From NCBI GenBank assembly GCA_016204275.1, contig JACQKZ010000012.1, positions 1-58,259 on the forward strand: 58,259 nt of DNA, given 5' to 3'. This document shows positions 55,452-58,259 of the stretch, piece by piece. The position numbers were made by a program, and so were the translations under genes. Below the pieces are notes generated by a model. It saw only the letters and a list, made by a program, of their open reading frames with translations, was not told where the DNA came from and ran no database searches. This DNA is from Nanobdellati archaeon (GTDB taxonomy: Archaea > Nanobdellota > Nanobdellia > UBA10117). Position 1 is the first letter of the stretch. Every line of letters begins with the position of its first letter.

Positions 55452-56249
55452 ATGGATCGGCTAGTATTTTTGGGCACCGGCGGCGGTAGAATAGTAGTTG
55501 CAAACCAGTATGTTGGCACCGGCGGATTTATTATACAAACAGAAGGCTATCAGATTTGGGTGGACCCAGGCGTAGGCGCAATCGTGCGGGCGAAACAATT
55601 CGGCGTTAGCGCTGCTAGGACAGATATTATTTACGTCACTCATCAGCATATAGATCACTGTAACGATGCTAATGCAGTAGTTGATGCAATGACACTCGGC
55701 GGCATAAAACAGCGTGGCACGATAATAAGCACACCTACTCTGATAAACGGCTCAGATAAGGATCAGCCCTGGCTCAACACAGCATTCAAGGCATATTTGA
55801 AGGATTCGTTTGCAATTAAACCAGGAGACAAAATAAAAATAGATAAATTAAATTTTGTAGCAACGCCGGCCAGGCATGACATAGAGTACTGTAATGGCCT
55901 GCGGCTTGAGACGCCAAAATTTACGCTGGGTTATACTTCTGACACCGCTTATTTTCCCGAGCTGGCAGAAGCCTACAAAGGCTGCAGCATCCTGATACTC
56001 GATGTCCTGAAGCCAGGCAACGAAGCGTGGAAGACGCATTTTAATTCTGAGGATGCAGCAAAATTAATCGCCGAAGTTAAGCCGGAGCTGGCCATCCTCA
56101 CTCACTTCGGCGCGAAAATGCTGCGGGCAAACCCAATCTACGAAGCCAGAAACATACAAAAGAAAACCGGCATCCGCACCCTGGCAGCGCAGGACGGCAT
56201 GCGCATAGATTTGAGAAGCCTGGCCAGCCAGACGAAGCTAGAAAGTTAA
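55452..56249 (+). CDS. metallo-beta-lactamase-fold hydrolase
   Basis: MDRLVFLGTGGG start and HQHIDH (HxHxDH) motif. 265 aa from the internal Met. Confidence 0.8.
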   Translation: MDRLVFLGTGGGRIVVANQYVGTGGFIIQTEGYQIWVDPGVGAIVRAKQFGVSAARTDIIYVTHQHIDHCNDANAVVDAMTLGGIKQRGTIISTPTLINGSDKDQPWLNTAFKAYLKDSFAIKPGDKIKIDKLNFVATPARHDIEYCNGLRLETPKFTLGYTSDTAYFPELAEAYKGCSILILDVLKPGNEAWKTHFNSEDAAKLIAEVKPELAILTHFGAKMLRANPIYEARNIQKKTGIRTLAAQDGMRIDLRSLASQTKLES

Positions 56250-56286
56250 TCGCTAGCCTTTTAAATTCGGAATTTTTTTAAAAAAC

Positions 56287-58259
56287 ATGGCGCTCGCCCC
56301 AAAGCCAGACTTCAAAGTTATAGAAAGTAAGTGGCAGAAGTTCTGGCTAGATAATAAGATTTACAAGTTTGATCCTAAATCTAAGAAGAATGTTTTTTCG
56401 ATTGATACGCCGCCGCCATACATTTCTGGAAACCCGCATATGGGACACGGGGTTTCTTACACTGGCTTTGAATTTATTGCGCGATATAAGAGAATGAAAG
56501 GTTTCAACGTCTTTTTTCCGATTGGGTTTGATGACAATGGCCACCCGACCGAGCGCTATGTTGAAAAAAAACATAATATAAGAAGTACGGACGTCCCGCG
56601 GCAGAAATTTATAGAGCTATGCCGACAGGAAACTGAGATTCTGGAAAAAACCGCAAAGGAAAGTTTCGTAAGGCTCGGGCACAGTTACGATTGGGATTTA
56701 TTTTACTCAACAATATCTGATAAGGCAATAAAAACTGCACAATTATCGTTCCTCGATTTATACAAAAAAAAGCTAGCCTACCGCACAGAAGAGCCTGGCC
56801 TGTGGTGTGTTGAGTGCCAGACCGCGTTAAGCCAAGCAGATGTTGAAGACGAAGAGCGCGAGACAAAGCTTAATTTCATAGACTTCAAGCTCGAAAATAG
56901 CGGGACATTACAAATAGCAACCACGCGGCCAGAGCTTCTCCCTGCCTGCGTGGGAATTTTTGTCCATCCAGAAGATGCAAGGTATAAAAAATTTATTGGA
57001 AAAAATGCAGTTGTGCCATTATTTCATCATGTCGTGCCGATAATTGCGGACAAAAAAGTTGATCCAAACTTCGGGACTGGCGCGGTAATGATCTGCACCT
57101 TTGGTGACAAGACAGATGTTGAGTGGTGGCGCACGCACGGGCTGGCCCTTCGGATTGTGCTTGAGAAAAATGGCAGGCTGGGACACGATGCGCATGAGTT
57201 TGCCGGCACGAAAATCAAGGAAGCGCGCGAAAAAATAATAGATAAGTTAAAAGAAACAGAACATCTTGTTAAGCAGGAGCCGCTGAAGCAAAATGTTGGC
57301 GTATGCTGGCGCTGCCACAAGCCAGTTGAACTGATAATTACAAAACAATGGGCCATAAAAGCAATCGAGGCAAAGAAAGAGCTGTTAGATGCCAGCCAAA
57401 AATTAAACTGGGTGCCGCAATACCACTCCAAGCGTTTCGAAGACTGGGTAAAAAATCTTAACACCGATTGGGTAATATCGCGCCAAAGGCATTACGGCGT
57501 GCCGATTCCTGTTTGGTATTGCAAGGCCTGCGATTCAGAATTGGTGGCTGGCGAGAGCGAACTGCCGGTAGACCCAAACACAAAGTTGCCTGCAAAGTCA
57601 AAATGCAAATGTGGATCAGCAGAATGGCGGCCGGATGCAGATGTCTTTGACACGTGGATGACTTCTTCGCTCACGCCGCAGATTAACCGCGGATTTTCTA
57701 AGGAGAGCATTCCGTTCGATATGCGGCCGCAGGGTTATGATATAATCAGGACGTGGGCGTTCTACACAATTCTGAAATCACTGTACCACTTCAAAAAAAT
57801 TCCTTGGAAGAACGCAATGGTTAATGGAATGGTTCTGGATCCAAAGGGCAAGGCAATGCATAAATCATTGGGAAATGTTATCGATCCGATGGCACAGGTC
57901 GATAAGTATGGCTCAGATGCGTTTAGATACTTTGCATCAACAGTAAACATAGGTGAAGACGCGCCATTTCAGGAAAAGGAAATTGTGCATGGGCAAAAAC
58001 TCCTGATAAAACTTTGGAACGTCGCCAGATTCGCAGAACCGCACTTATCTAAGGCTAGCAAGAGTACAAACATAATCGACAAATGGATTTTATCGAGATT
58101 ATCAGAAATAATTAAAATATATGAGAAAAATTTTGATAATTACGATGCTGTTCCTGCGCGAAGAGAGCTCGAGCAGTTCTTCTGGCATGAGTTATGTGAC
58201 TTTTATCTGGAGATGATCAAGCCCAGAATATATGGTTCTGATGAAAAAGCTAAGGCAGA
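56287..58259 (+). CDS. valS: valyl-tRNA synthetase, 3'-truncated by the window end
   Basis: Hand translation: MALAPKPDFKVIESKWQKFW..DTPPPYISGNPHMGHG..PIGFDDNGHPTE..DTWMTSS..RPQGYDIIRTWAFY..AMHKSLGN. The frame is open to the last base, which is why it is missing from the ORF track. Confidence 0.88.
   Translation, partial: MALAPKPDFKVIESKWQKFWLDNKIYKFDPKSKKNVFSIDTPPPYISGNPHMGHGVSYTGFEFIARYKRMKGFNVFFPIGFDDNGHPTERYVEKKHNIRSTDVPRQKFIELCRQETEILEKTAKESFVRLGHSYDWDLFYSTISDKAIKTAQLSFLDLYKKKLAYRTEEPGLWCVECQTALSQADVEDEERETKLNFIDFKLENSGTLQIATTRPELLPACVGIFVHPEDARYKKFIGKNAVVPLFHHVVPIIADKKVDPNFGTGAVMICTFGDKTDVEWWRTHGLALRIVLEKNGRLGHDAHEFAGTKIKEAREKIIDKLKETEHLVKQEPLKQNVGVCWRCHKPVELIITKQWAIKAIEAKKELLDASQKLNWVPQYHSKRFEDWVKNLNTDWVISRQRHYGVPIPVWYCKACDSELVAGESELPVDPNTKLPAKSKCKCGSAEWRPDADVFDTWMTSSLTPQINRGFSKESIPFDMRPQGYDIIRTWAFYTILKSLYHFKKIPWKNAMVNGMVLDPKGKAMHKSLGNVIDPMAQVDKYGSDAFRYFASTVNIGEDAPFQEKEIVHGQKLLIKLWNVARFAEPHLSKASKSTNIIDKWILSRLSEIIKIYEKNFDNYDAVPARRELEQFFWHELCDFYLEMIKPRIYGSDEKAKA

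Noticed and set aside
56347-57950. Minus-strand ORFs 56347-56574, 56609-56866, 57027-57464, 57492-57710 and 57762-57950.
   Set aside because: All are antisense to the valS reading frame.

Overview
This looks like a compact archaeal chromosomal window of about 58 kb with moderate-to-low GC. Many genes appear leaderless, with an A/T box 25-30 nt upstream of the start.

Archaeal hallmarks:
- TFB, the L7Ae-S28e-L24e operon, S8e, and the Sm-L37e pair.
- Archaeal-type GluRS, TyrRS and PheRS alpha+beta, plus ArgRS, class II LysRS and ValRS. ValRS is open at the window end and is absent from the ORF track.
- Trm1, DTD2, and an Lhr helicase with a metallophosphoesterase partner.
- Six tRNA genes. Four of them carry 2-3 introns each, including non-canonical T-loop introns. 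That pattern is typical of DPANN-like or other intron-rich archaea.

Most interesting observations:
1. 111-6662: a P-loop NTPase is transcribed divergently from six tandem paralogs of an unrecognised family (QGHNNFE motif). The first five are translationally coupled. This is the best candidate for an undescribed multi-subunit system.
2. 28492-34560: an operon of a 1211-aa protein built from many winged-helix-like modules, followed by two further large unknowns.
3. Two conserved genes (rpl37e and lysS) each have a diverged second copy of their own 3' end downstream. The differences are mostly synonymous. The copies bracket a 141-nt hairpin element and a 1.3-kb AT-rich three-gene cassette, respectively. 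This is the signature of integrative elements that regenerate the target gene end.
4. tRNA introns share sequence modules between different tRNAs and with the rpl37e element, which suggests mobile introns.

No rRNA genes or CRISPR arrays were seen. All calls come from reading motifs by eye; no searches were run.
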